From positions 18,104,001 to 18,168,000 of the forward strand of contig CATNEN010000001.1 in NCBI GenBank assembly GCA_950097015.1: 64,000 bases of DNA. The letters run 5' to 3'. This document shows positions 37,728-49,252 of this stretch, piece by piece. The position numbers and the translations under genes were made by a program. The notes under the pieces are model-generated. The model had not been told where the DNA came from. It searched no databases and saw nothing but the letters and a program-made list of their open reading frames with translations. Position 1 is the stretch's first letter, and every line of letters begins with the position of its first letter. Origin of the DNA: Macrostomum hystrix (lineage: Eukaryota; Animalia; Platyhelminthes).

Positions 37728-38121
37728 AATAATAATAATTAGACACTAGACTCAAGGGCCAGTGCAGGTGTTGTGTGTCAAGCACACTAGCAGGAGGGGA
37801 CTGCACACCTAATGTAAATCCCCGGCTCTCTCGGACACCGGAATTGACAGCCTCATGTCAGCAATGTAATTAATTTTTCGATACATATCGGCAGCATCCA
37901 AACCCCACTGAATTGCCGCACAGAGCAGCATTTTTCCACGCCAGCCGGAATTATCATTACCCGACAAAATGTCCGTACTCATTTGCAGCTGAGTAGACTG
38001 TGGGCACATCAGGGCAAAGCAGCTTGCCAAAGACTGCACGAATAGTTCTAGACTAGGTCGGGAATCGAACCCAGGACCATCTGATCCAGAGTCCGACACC
38101 TTACTGACTGAGCTATCCGCC
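37728..38121 (-). mobile_element. tRNA-derived SINE, family A
   Basis: A box TAGCTCAGTCAG, B box GGTTCGATTCC and a (TAT)n tail; second copy at 57427-57838. Confidence 0.9.
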
Positions 38122-38331
38122 TTTACATAAATACAACTTAGAGTATAAATTGTGCCACATATGTCCCATTTTAGCTACTCACTAGCAAGTCGTTAGTAGT
38201 AGCATACGAATTATTAGAAGCATACGAATTATAGTTCCGAAAAATAAACGAAAGTTGGGATTTATGAGTGAGAGACACTTAATTTATAAATATTCATCTT
38301 CTGAGCTGGTGCTCAGAACTCGAGCGCGCTT

Positions 38332-41275
38332 TCAAGCCGTCGTAGCTCCAGATGCCGCAGCTCCGACCGCCGCACCTCCAGATGCCGCAGCTCCGGCCTC
38401 CGCAGCTAAGGCCGCCGAAGCTCCGGCCTCCGCAGCTAAGGCCGCCGAAGCTCCGGCCTCCGCAGATCCGACCGCCGCACGTCCAGATGCCGCATTTTCA
38501 GCCGCCGCCGCGTAGCGCTGCCCGGCACTGACTCGCCGCTCCTTTGCCACCAGCCTGTCGGAGGCGTGTTTTAGGATGTTTCTAATCTCCCTCTCTACGT
38601 CGAACTCCGATGGTCGACCTTGGGGGTAGAGCATGGTGACTGCCTCTGGAAAAGAGTGTTGAAAGTCTCAATGACGAAATGCTCTCGACATGAGTGCCTA
38701 TTTTGCCTATACCAATTTCATGTTGCCTAAATATGAATGAATATGATGAATATCTTACCAAAGAAAATACTGCTGAAATTACTGAATGCCAGCTCTTTGT
38801 CCGACAACTCCTGGAGGCCTGGTTCGGCCGCGCGCAGTCTCGCCGACATGTTGCGTCCTGACCAATTGATGACGCACTGCATGTTGGTCGCAAGGCACTT
38901 GCTCAGCATGCGCTTGCATGTGTCGTGGACTGTGCTTCCCCGACAGCTACGGAGGCATTCGGCCTGTTTGAGATTGATTTATTGTGTTTTTAATGTATTT
39001 AGTGTAGTTTATTGGTAGTATAATGTGTATCGTGGTCTAAAAATTTTTGGAATAGCTTGACTTGTAAAATGTTGTGAATACTAACTATTAGTAGTGTAGC
39101 TCTGAATAAAAAATCGTGCAAGACAAAAAAATAATACTCACCAAACGCCCTTGCTGCACTCGGGAATTCCAGAAATTTACGTACTCACTCCAACTCGAAA
39201 TCGGAGCGAAATCCGGTTGCCCAGCGTTGTTAGACCGCTGACCGAGCTGCTGCACACCGATTGGCCGCTGCAGCTGCTGCATAAATTCAGTCAGTCTAGC
39301 CGAGATAGCATCAACTGACGAATTCATGTCTCTCCGGAGAGCTTCGACAGCGGCCTGTGTCTCATAGCATCTCCTAGCAGTCAGAGTCGCCAAATAGATG
39401 GCCGTCTGCAGGGATGCAGGGTCCAGGCCGCTTCTTCGCAGCCGGTTCTGCGTTCCGGCCATAGAGGAGCCCGGTTGGCCTAGGAAGCTGCCATTGTCTG
39501 TTGACAGCGTTAAGTTAACGGACGGGTTGATATGTAAGTTTGTAACTAAGCAAGTCTTATTTGCGAATAACCAATAAATAAGATTGTGAATGGATCAGTG
39601 AGTCTCAATGATCCAATAGCGAGTCTACAAATGAGCGAATGCAGAAATATTATTTCGAAACCTTACCATCAGCTACTTCCTGATGGACCGAGCTGCTCAG
39701 CCTGCTCGGTGAACGCTGAATGTCTGATGCCGATGGCCCCGACAATTTTGGCACAGTAGTGGCATTGTCATGACCTGTAAGCAGAGTAGTGGGGAAAATA
39801 AATTAGACTTTGAATCACTGTTTGTAAATCTGCTAGTAATTGATTGAGTAAGTCTGTGAATGAATTGAACAGTGAGTCTGTGAGTGAATTGAACATTGAA
39901 TTGTGAATGAATGAACCAGTGAGTCTGTGAATCAATAAATCAATGAGTTTTCGCGAATGGATCAGTGAGTCTGCGAATTTATATGAATCCGTGAGTTTTT
40001 GAATACGTGTATGCATGGATGGATTGGATGAGTGAACCAATTTAGTGTATAGTCTAATAAACTCTTACCATCAACAATCGGAGATTCCATGGCGCTGGTT
40101 GAATGCAGGTGGTTCTCCTGGTCCTCCATCAGTCTTTGAGGTGTGGATGGGGATGGGATCAGTGTCGCGGTGCTGCTTAATCTCTGTAGCTGCGGTCGAT
40201 CAGGCAGAGGAGCTGCTTTGGAGCCCACATTCCTCTGATTTATGGCCTCGGAAGCTTCCCTCTCGCTCTCCGAGGTAGTAATGTTCTGTTTTAATTTTAG
40301 AAGGAAATGTGATGATAGGCAGTGTAATGACTTGTGTTAGAAGTCAAAACGAGCTCCAATTTCAAGTGTCTCGGCTCTCACTGGGAGCAGATCCAGAAAA
40401 GGAGGAACAGAAGAGTGTGTGGAGCCCAACCAGTCAGGCTCAACATTATATTTGAGGGCTCTGGGCCCATGACAAAGCAGGCTACAACAAGCGCAGGGGA
40501 AGGCATGTGAAAGTACAACGGGAAACTCGGTGCGCAGTGAGTTGAGAAGCGTACAGCGCCCATGAGTCAGTCAGTGGCCCCCACGCTGAGTGCAAGCAGA
40601 CAGGACACAGTTAGTTTTGTGCAGTCAAAGTTCCCGGCCAGGCGTGCAGACTGAGGGTCTGCAGCCCAGGCCATCACAGGCAGCTATTCTGCTTATTGAA
40701 AAACTCAATTTGTGTGGATAAAGTCTGTTCGTGAATGAACCAGAGTCAGTAAATGAATAAATGAGAGCGTCAGTAAATGAATCACAGAAATCAGTGAGTC
40801 TGTGAGCAAATGAATGAGTGCGGCTTTGATCTGTGAATGGTTTAAGCAGTGAGTCTACTTGGATAATTAATAAAAATGTCTGCTGTTTATTAACAGACTA
40901 TCTGTTATAGTAAAAGTTGTAGTGTCCTACCTGAATGGCTCCCAATCGGCTTCGGTGGCGCCCGGCATTCACCCGACAAACGGCCTTCAGAAGCGAGTCC
41001 ACACTTTTCTTCTTGATGGTGCGCATTCTCCGCAGGTGAAGGACGGTTGGCGTGCTGTCCACTTCTGGGTCAGTGACCACCTGGAGGAGAACGGCGTCAT
41101 ACCATTCGCCACTGTACTCTGCCCTCACCTCAATTCTCGTAGCTGAGTACAGTTCCGAAGGCTCCATGCTGGCCCAGTCAAAATCCTGGTATTCACCAAG
41201 CATAATCTCTGTCTCATCTACTTCTAAAATTTCACCATCATTAGAGAAAAATACTATATAGCGATTGGACTGCAT
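38332..41275 (-). CDS. CACTA accessory ORF2, DUF4806-type protein, 6 exons
   Basis: Approximate exons 41275-40931, 40285-40069, 39774-39667, 39497-39142, 38963-38758 and 38645-38332, GT-AG and phase-compatible. Motifs TCKRMLSKCLATNMQCVINWSG and IRNILKHASDR, with a coiled coil upstream. Confidence 0.8.
40308..40678. mobile_element. Possible solo LTR in intron 1 of ORF2
   Basis: TGTGATG...CATCACA termini and a GC-richer interior; the TSD is imperfect (GGAAA/GGCAG). Confidence 0.45.
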
Positions 41276-41342
41276 TTTAAGCTTTTATAATAGCTTCAAT
41301 ATAAGAATTTGAGTGACTAAGTAGCTAGAAATTTTCTAGAGA

Positions 41343-41615
41343 CTATAAAGTTGCTCAACAAAGATTGATCAACTATTCATATACGAGCTACGTACGTGCA
41401 GATATGCTCCGTTGGGACCCCGCCTTCTCAAAGCTTTACTGGACAAGAGCCAATGCAAAAGCGCGGAATCCGACAGAGCCAATCCGGTTAGAGCGAGCTG
41501 AGCCAATAGCGAACGGCTCGAGCGAATGACTCGACAAAGGCAAACTAGCTTTTGTAGTAATTGAATTTATTGTAATTTACTTACCTTAAGTATCTGTAAT
41601 TTACCGGGTATTTAC
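41343..41615. promoter_or_regulatory. CCAAT-rich promoter block, copy 1 (upstream of ORF2)
   Basis: Three AGCCAAT boxes; homologous to 42894-43230. Confidence 0.65.
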
Positions 41616-42478
41616 TGTAGTTTGCGTTTAATATCGTTGATCACCATCTACTAGCGTTGATGGTGATTCTTTTTTTCCGTTGCGATGCAAATATTACAAT
41701 ATGCATGATAGTCTAGCTTATCTAGCAATCGTTGCAATGATATCATTACAATCTGCCGGTCAGAACTCAGAACTCATGATTACTAGAATTGCTAGACACG
41801 CCTACTATGTATATGCTGAGCCTACAGCGGCTGACAACAGAATTAATTTCTTTCATGTGTTTTTTTCAACTAAATAGCTAAATAATTAGGAATGCATTAT
41901 CAACAATGTATGCTGTCTTGTAACCGTCTCTCATACACGATTTGTACGACTATGATTAAGAACTATGATTCCGATTCAGACTCCTGATTCAGACTGTGTA
42001 ATTGTCCTGATGTCCTTTGATTTCTCAATAAGGTTTCACATACATACTAATACTATGTATTGTATATATACAATATTATTCCTTATTGTCAAGTCAACAA
42101 CTATACGGAAATCCAACCAACCAGTGCCAGTGGCACACAAAAAATTGAAGACGGCGATGAAAAATTATGGCTTGTGTATTTTTTGTGTAAATGTGTATTT
42201 TTTAAACATTTATTTATTTAAAAATGTGCGCGTGCGTATTTGTGCATAAATATTGAACACAACATTAATACAGTTATTTATAAATTATTATTGTCAATAA
42301 GTGCAATTATCGCCACTTAAATTGGTCAGCCGGTCCCGGTCAGCCGGCCGATCTGCTGCCCTGCAGCGATTCACAGGACGCCCGGCTGCGATATAAAAGA
42401 TGGGTTTCAGTTTCATTTAGCTTATTAGCTCGGTTATCAGATCAGATGCGTTAATAAATATTCTAATAATAATAATAT

Positions 42479-42823
42479 TCAAAAGCGACTACTCACATAT
42501 GGGTCCAGGCCCGCCGCTATGCGGCGAGCTCTGGCCATCCGAATCATGGCCAGCTTCATAAGACGCGTCGCTTCATTCAGCGCGTCCTGTGCCCGGCGCC
42601 GTGCGGGCGTCCAGGCCACTGTCGCCGCCATCTCTTCCGCAGCGACGAGGCATGACTGGATGGCCTCATCCAGTTTGGTGGTGGCATTGGCCAGAAAGTT
42701 CGCCCGGAACTGTGCCGGGAACAAATGAAATTTGAACTCATTGACATCGTCATGAACATCCAGGCCATGGACATGGCATTGGCTGCTGTTGATGCTGTTG
42801 CTGTCGCTGCTGTTGCTATTCAT
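42479..42823 (-). CDS. Orphan intronless 114-aa helical protein (CACTA cargo)
   Basis: AAAAAATG start and a GC-rich open frame in AT-rich flanks; lies at the same distance from promoter copy 2 as ORF2 does from copy 1. Confidence 0.6.
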   Translation of the reverse strand: MNSNSSDSNSINSSQCHVHGLDVHDDVNEFKFHLFPAQFRANFLANATTKLDEAIQSCLVAAEEMAATVAWTPARRRAQDALNEATRLMKLAMIRMARARRIAAGLDPYVSSRF

Positions 42824-42893
42824 TTTTTTGTTGAAGGAAGGTTGAAGGAAGTTAGTTGAGGCAATTTTAGTGATCTGGTGGGAGAAGTTGCAA

Positions 42894-43230
42894 CTATAAA
42901 ATTGCTCAACAACGATTGATCATCTATTTATAAATGAGCCATACGTGCAGATATGCCACAGGTGGGTCCCCGCCTTCTCAAAGCTTTATTGGACACAAGC
43001 CAATGAAAACTTGCCCGCGCCGCGCGGAATCCGACAGAGCCAATCCGAGCCAAGAGCGAGCCGAGCCGAGCCGGCTCGAGCCGAGCGAGCCGAGCCGAGC
43101 CGAGCTGAGAGCCAACTCGACTCGAGTCTCGACAAAGGCAAGTAAACTAGCAATTTTAGTAAACTAATGAATTGTAATTTACAGACCTCTAGCCTCTAGT
43201 AATATTATTTTCCCGGGTTAATTTACAGCA
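42894..43230. promoter_or_regulatory. Bidirectional CCAAT-rich promoter block, copy 2
   Basis: Lies between divergent ATGs at 42823 and 43289 and contains TTTATAAA, ATTGG/CCAAT boxes and (GAGCC)n. Confidence 0.65.
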
Positions 43231-43288
43231 ATTTTATTTTCAATATATCCCATCTATTAGCCTTTCATAACCATCACTTACTCACAAA

Positions 43289-46039
43289 ATGTCTAAAAGA
43301 CGGACTAAAGGCGACACGAACCCACGACGAAACTTTCAAATTTGGTTCACAAAGAACCTACTTGACTTTGCGGACAGTGATGTAGTAATGGACCAAGTGA
43401 GTTTTCAATTCTTATTGAGATTCTATTTAAGTTTCATGCAATTTTGTAAAGAAATTTGACGAGGGTGGGGCAGACAGAGGCAGGATTGACAGGGTGATAG
43501 GTTTGATTGATTGCCTCGAATTTTATGCACAGTTTCATCGTCTTCTTTTTTTCCTCTTTATTTTCAATCAGGAGGTTGCATCTTCCCATGCAGATGGCGC
43601 AAGCCTCATTCCACCTGAGGATTCGCGGCCTGATTCTACCAGTGCCGGTGTCAATGCCTGTGACCCCATACATTTATCAGCTATTAACGAGGCTTTCGAC
43701 GAAAGTGAGGCTGATGAGTTCGACTACGCCGATCACTTGTCAACAGATGCGGAAGATGGGGACCCAGGCCAAACAGCAAAGCCATCATTGGAGAGCCTGA
43801 ATGAGGAGCTTCTAATATTCTTCGTTCGTTACAACATCTCACATCGAGCGATGCAGTTCCTGCTCAATGCTCTAGTCTGCCGAGGCCTGCCGGTCGCAAG
43901 AACAGTGCACCGTCTGCGCAAAGAACCTTCGGCTGAAGCAGTACAAATACAAAAGTACACCATGGGTAGTGGACACTTTTCCTACATCGGTATTGCTTCG
44001 AACCTGGCGTTCCTGATTCGCGGCGGCATGTTGGATCTTGGAAATCCGGAAGCCACCCAGAATGACAGAGCAAGGTTGGAACTGGACATTGATGTTGGCA
44101 TTGACGGAATGCCGATTTACAATTCGTCAAACTACGCGGCATGGCCTATTATCGTTAAGTTTTCGAGATTCTGTCGCCCACTTCCTGTTGCTGTGTATGC
44201 TGGGTAAACCACCTCTTACCGAGTACCTGGCCGACTTCATCAAGGAGCTGCAGTCCTTCATGACCGACTTTGTCGAAGTTGATGGGGTGCTAATCCACAT
44301 AAGGAACATCACGTTCATTTGCGACACGCCAGCGCGGTCCTTCATTACCGCAACTTTGGGCCACAACGCACATCACGGCTGCCCCTACTGCAGAGTGGTA
44401 GCCCAGACGGTCGACCGGCGAATAGTCTACCCTGTCGAAGTCGGAGAGTGTCGCACAGCTGAGGATTACCGTTTTAATAGGTGCGTGTGTGTGCATGGGG
44501 TTGTGTGTATGTGTGTGTGCTTTTGCGAATTTTGTATACCAGCTTATACATCTGTATATGCCTACATGGCAGGATATCTGACATGTTTTTTACATGTCTA
44601 CGAACCTGACCTGACGTTGTCTTAATACGTGAATCAGTTAATCATATAAATATGCAAATGGCTGTATCGGGATATGGCAACTAAAGAAATGTGATTCCGA
44701 TTCAGACTGTCTATATAATGGCTGTCCTTTTAAATCTCAAAAATTATTCACATACTTGCTATATACAATATAAAATATACAATATTCAATATACAATAAT
44801 ATGCAATAGCTCGATTCCCGACTCCACTGAAAAAATTTGTGTCCTTTAGCAAGACACTTAACTCTGCAGTGCTTCGGTTCACCCAGCTGTTAAATAGGTA
44901 CCAGCATTAGCTGGGGTAATTGAAGGTGGGTGTATGGCGTCCTCCCAGTCCATGGACTGAACAGTCGTACGCAGCCTTCAGATGCGCCGCGCATTAGCTG
45001 CGGCTGTGCTGTCGATTGGGGCAGGTGTAATCAATTATTATTATTACTAGTCTTTATCGCCAACAACTACTGCAGGGAATCCAACCAGCGGCATGAACCA
45101 AGTCCGCTCCTGTCACTGCCAGGCTTGCAACTACCTGATGCTTGCCCACCGGAGCCAATGCACCTGCTCTTTCTAGGCGTCGCTAGGCGTCTTTTCACAT
45201 TCCTCTTTGCGGTGGATGACGGACGGCGGCGCAAAATTAGGCCGGATCAAGTTTCCGCACTTTCTGATTTTGCCGAATCACGTGCTATATATACACCGAC
45301 AAATTTCCAAAGACGCCCTCGGAGAATCGACCGAGAACTCGGACATTTCAAAGCCAGCGAGTTCCGCACGTGGACTTTGTATGTGGGCCCGTATTTTTTT
45401 CGCAAATTTCTGCCAACAGAGTTGTACAGGCATTTTCTTCTATTTCACTTCGCCTGTTATGTTCTTTGCTCTGATAGCCCACAGCCTGAACTTCTTGATG
45501 CCGCTGAATCTGCCTTGAAACTTTTTGTGTATGACGCAGCTCAACTGTACGGCAACAGTTTCATGACTCACAATGCTCACGTTCTTTTGCACTTGTTTCA
45601 ATACGCGAGGAAACGTGGAAATGTGTCTAACTTTTCGGCCTTTCCATATGAGAACTACCTCTCTCACTTAAAGGGTCGCCTTCGAGTAACGCGCTTTGCA
45701 TCATCTTACTTGCTAAATCAAATGCTTTCACTTCGCGACTTACTAGTCAGCAACCCAATTCAGCCCAATAAGTACTCTGTTAAGATGCCCGACAACTGTT
45801 GCATCGTGAATGGCTCAGTTGTTCGGATTACTTCTGTTCTTGGTGACCAAGTAACTGGCAATATTCTGTCGCTGCAAAAGGACTTGTATGACTATCCATA
45901 TCCGTCCTCAAAACTGGGTATCGGAGTCTATTGTAAAACACGATCTTTTGTTACTGGCACTCCCCACAGGAAGTGCTTTCTGTTCCCGCGCAAGACCGGA
46001 AAGGCATGGCTGGTGATTCCTCTCTCTGGTGTTGATTAG
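43289..46039 (+). pseudogene. CACTA/EnSpm transposase, 3 exons, single frameshift at ~44203
   Basis: Exons 43289-43396, 43572-44480 and 45076-46039. Motifs GIDGMPIY, ICDTPARSF, GHNAHHGCPYC, EPMHLLFLGV, FKASEFR, HNAHVLLHL and SAFPYENYL. Confidence 0.92.
44807..45046 (+). mobile_element. SINE family B body in transposase intron 2
   Basis: GTGTCCTTTAGCAAGACACTTAA...CACCCAGCTG...GCCTTCAGATGCGCCGCGC...(TTA)n. Related copies at 51006-51203, 56622-56818, 57100-57412 (minus), 13116-13295 and 57839-58012. Confidence 0.85.
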
Positions 46040-46436
46040 TGGAATCGCATTCTGTTCCACCCTTGTCAGCAAATGTAATTTTGACTGTTAATGTTTTGCA
46101 TCAATTTGACTACAGACATAAAAATGTACAAATGTAAAAAACTGTATACTCCCTGTATCCCTGTAAACTGTATACTGATATTGAGCAGCAAAGTCCGAAT
46201 AGCAAAATAAATACCGGGAATCGGGAATGATAAGCGATAAGGTTTATTTGAGGCGGTGTGTGGTCCCCGATAACAGGAGTCCATTTTTCTTGCCGTCCGT
46301 TGCCTGAAGAACGCGTTGACACTTTAATGCCAAAACTTTGTTCTTTCGCACATTTTTACGAAATTCTTAAATCGAATTTAATTTTATAAGGCATTCGAAA
46401 GCGTGTCATTATCTTCGTAATTGCTTTTATTGTACG

Positions 46437-46690
46437 CGTACTCATTGACTTAGAAGCTTAGCGTTTAGCAACAAGCATGCTTCCAGAATCACTTAATTCC
46501 CATTAATTGAAGTGACTGCTAGAAACGGTAAACATCTAGCTAGTAGAGCTCTTCTGCATGGTCACAGGACTTGCACGGCCAAAAGAGGAAGGAGCAGCTC
46601 AAATAAAAACTGATAAACTGATGACTGGTCTCCCCACCACAGACAGAAGGAAAGCCGGCCTTATCTTATCCATTTGGTCTGTGCTCCCAG
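46437..46690 (+). promoter_or_regulatory. SET-gene upstream block, duplicated at ~48500-48891
   Basis: Shared GTCACAGGACTTG..CCAAAAGAGGAA..CTGATAA..CCACCACAGAC..AGGAAAG..CTTATCTTATC..TTTGGTCTGTGCT, containing ETS-, GATA- and RUNX-like words. Confidence 0.6.
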
Positions 46691-46857
46691 AGACTTCTAG
46701 AAATAACAACTTCTAGAAACTTCTAGAAATAAAAAGTCTGTGTGTTCCCCTCCCCACCCCACTTGATCGGTCCCACCCAAACCCGTTCAGAGTCATTACA
46801 CACTACACAGGAAATTATTTTGCGATTTATTGTCATCACAAAAGTATTTAATATTTC

Positions 46858-48312
46858 ATGGATATGAGTGATCAGTGGCTAATATCTGACTGCGGAAGTG
46901 CAGACACAGCAGCGCCCGGTTTAAAAATTCGTTTAAAGCGCGTATCGACCGCCCTCAATGAGGTGAGAATTCAGAGGCAGCAAATTATTTGAGATTGTAA
47001 AAAGTTTACAACTTTTCCTTTATTCTTTTGTTATATTTCTATTGTACACTGACGTATTGCACGCATACATTGCCAGAATTCCCAACGCGCTGATCAGGTC
47101 AGGGTGACCTGCGAAACTGGCCCGGGACTTATAGTCCGATTCAAGCGACATTCTTGCGCAATTCCATCAACGGCTGAACTTCAGGTGAATGATAATGTAT
47201 GTTACCTGCCTGTTCAATAACTTGTCCTTCTAAGTATTCTCCTTCTCCCCTCTGCAACTATAATCTCCCACTATAATCTTTGCATGTAGGCCCGCGTCTT
47301 AATTTCTGTTATGCACATTCTCATGTTTCTGCATGAGAAAATATTAAAAATGTTTAATTTTTCAGACTAACAAACGCGCTGTCCCTGAGGTCAACGTCGA
47401 ATTATCCTTCTCCGACAGCGAGGAAGAGGGCGAAGGCAACTCACGCGTGGATCAATCTTTACGAATCGCCCTAGCAGTATGTCCATTAGAGGTTCGTCAA
47501 TCAATTGAGTGCGATTAGATGGTGTGGCTGTATAAAGCTGATTTTGGGGCAAAGTTTCCTTTTCTGTAATAGTTTTTCTTTGAGTAACTTAATGAGAGAG
47601 GAGAGAATTAAGAGGGAGTAAAAAGTAGAGGCCGATTAAGTGAGATGAGATGCAAACGAGATGTCAGCAAGCAAGTGAAATGTGAGAGAGGCGATGGAGA
47701 AAAGGGCGATTTAGAAGCATGAAAAAAAAAACAAATTGAATCGTGTTTAACTACACCCCCGCACAGCCTTTGCCTGACCCGACCGTTAAGAAGAGGCCGG
47801 CTCAGAGGCTCAGCCGATCTAGTGTCGATTATCGTCCCCCGACATCCACTAGAGATACAACCGAGCGCATACTGGGCATCAACGGGAAGACAGACACCGC
47901 GATCGCTGTTGCACCTGCGGGCGAGAAGGGACTGGGCGCCTTTGCGAGAATCAACCTAGCTGCGGGGGCGTTTGTCGATCAATTCGCCGGAATCCTGCTG
48001 AACGAACAGGAAGCGATTAGACGCGAATGTGAACCTAACTCCGACTGGATGCTATTTGAGTTTAAAGTTAACGGCAAATTATGGGTAATTGACGCCAGCA
48101 ACAGTGATGGATTGGGAAGGTACCTGAACCATTCTTCTACTGCTCCTAACTGTAAAGCAAAGCTCATTATTATCGACCAGGGGCTGCGACCCGTCATTTA
48201 TTTCGTGACAAATAAATATGTTGCAACGGGCACAGAACTGACGTTCGACTATACGACTGGTAGAGGTATCGATAATGATGATCTTGTGAAGAACCCATGG
48301 CTTCGAGACTAG
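46858..48312 (+). CDS. PR-Set7/SETD8 (KMT5A)-like SET-domain lysine methyltransferase, 4 exons (CACTA cargo)
   Basis: Exons 46858-46962, 47077-47184, 47366-47476 and 47767-48312, all phase 0 with no stops. Motifs KGLGAFA, IDAS, LGRYLNHS, PNC, GTELTFDY and the terminal NPWL typical of SETD8. Confidence 0.88.
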
Positions 48313-49252
48313 AAAGACACGCATGTTATTATGACTCGTCGCTTAGTTTATTTTGCTAAATCTTTAATCATGTAACAATCATGTTTAATTATGTATATTC
48401 TTTATTACAAATAAAGCAATGGCGCATTGAGAAAATGGTTACTTTTCTGAAAAGTTTCTTGGAATTTGTGTCTTAATTTTTTTAATCGCTTAATGTACTC
48501 GTACTCATTGGCATAATAAAGTAATAAAGCAAACAGGATGCTCCAGAATCATCAAGCAAGTAAATATAATTTAATAGTTTTATAACTCAGCAAATATCTT
48601 TTCCTAACAGACTGTACATATCTTTACAAATCTGTACATATTTTAATTTTTCGAGACAAATAAAAGAGTACTTTTAGCGGCAGAGTTCTGCGGAAGTTCG
48701 GAACTGACTCGCGCCCCCAGTCTTTTAGGGATCTAAAACCAATTGAAGTGAGTCACAGGACTTGAACAGCCAAAAGAGGAAAGAGCAGCTCAAATAAAAA
48801 CTGATAAGAATATTTAGAACGTAATGCATGTGGGTCTCCCCACCACAGACGGTAGGAAAGCCTTATCTTATCAATTTGGTCTGTGCTTCCCACCCGATGT
48901 GCCACGGCGTTCCTGCATGGCTTTCAAAGTTTCGGAGAAGGGCAATGGGGAATTTATGAACAGGGACTATTTTACTTAGATAGACTTAAAGTTGTTTTAA
49001 AAAAAGCTTGAAAACTTCATGATGAGCTTGAAGATGAACTTTCCTTCATCATGAGGAAATCATTTGAAATCATGAAACCAACTCAGTCGTGTAGGAAATG
49101 ATTTCTAGGTTGATTTTCAATTGAATCCGACTCGATAAACTGTGCTCAAATCTATTGGGACACCGACGACAGCCATATAATACTGACATAGTCAGAGTTA
49201 AGATAAACTTTTCTAGGTGACTTTCCAGGTTAATAAGTTCGAGTCAAATAAA

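Noticed and set aside
38050-38121. tRNA genes (also ~57345-57412, 57745-57822 and 13050-13115)
   Set aside because: A and B boxes run directly into SINE bodies with simple-repeat tails and no proper acceptor stem, so these are SINE heads.
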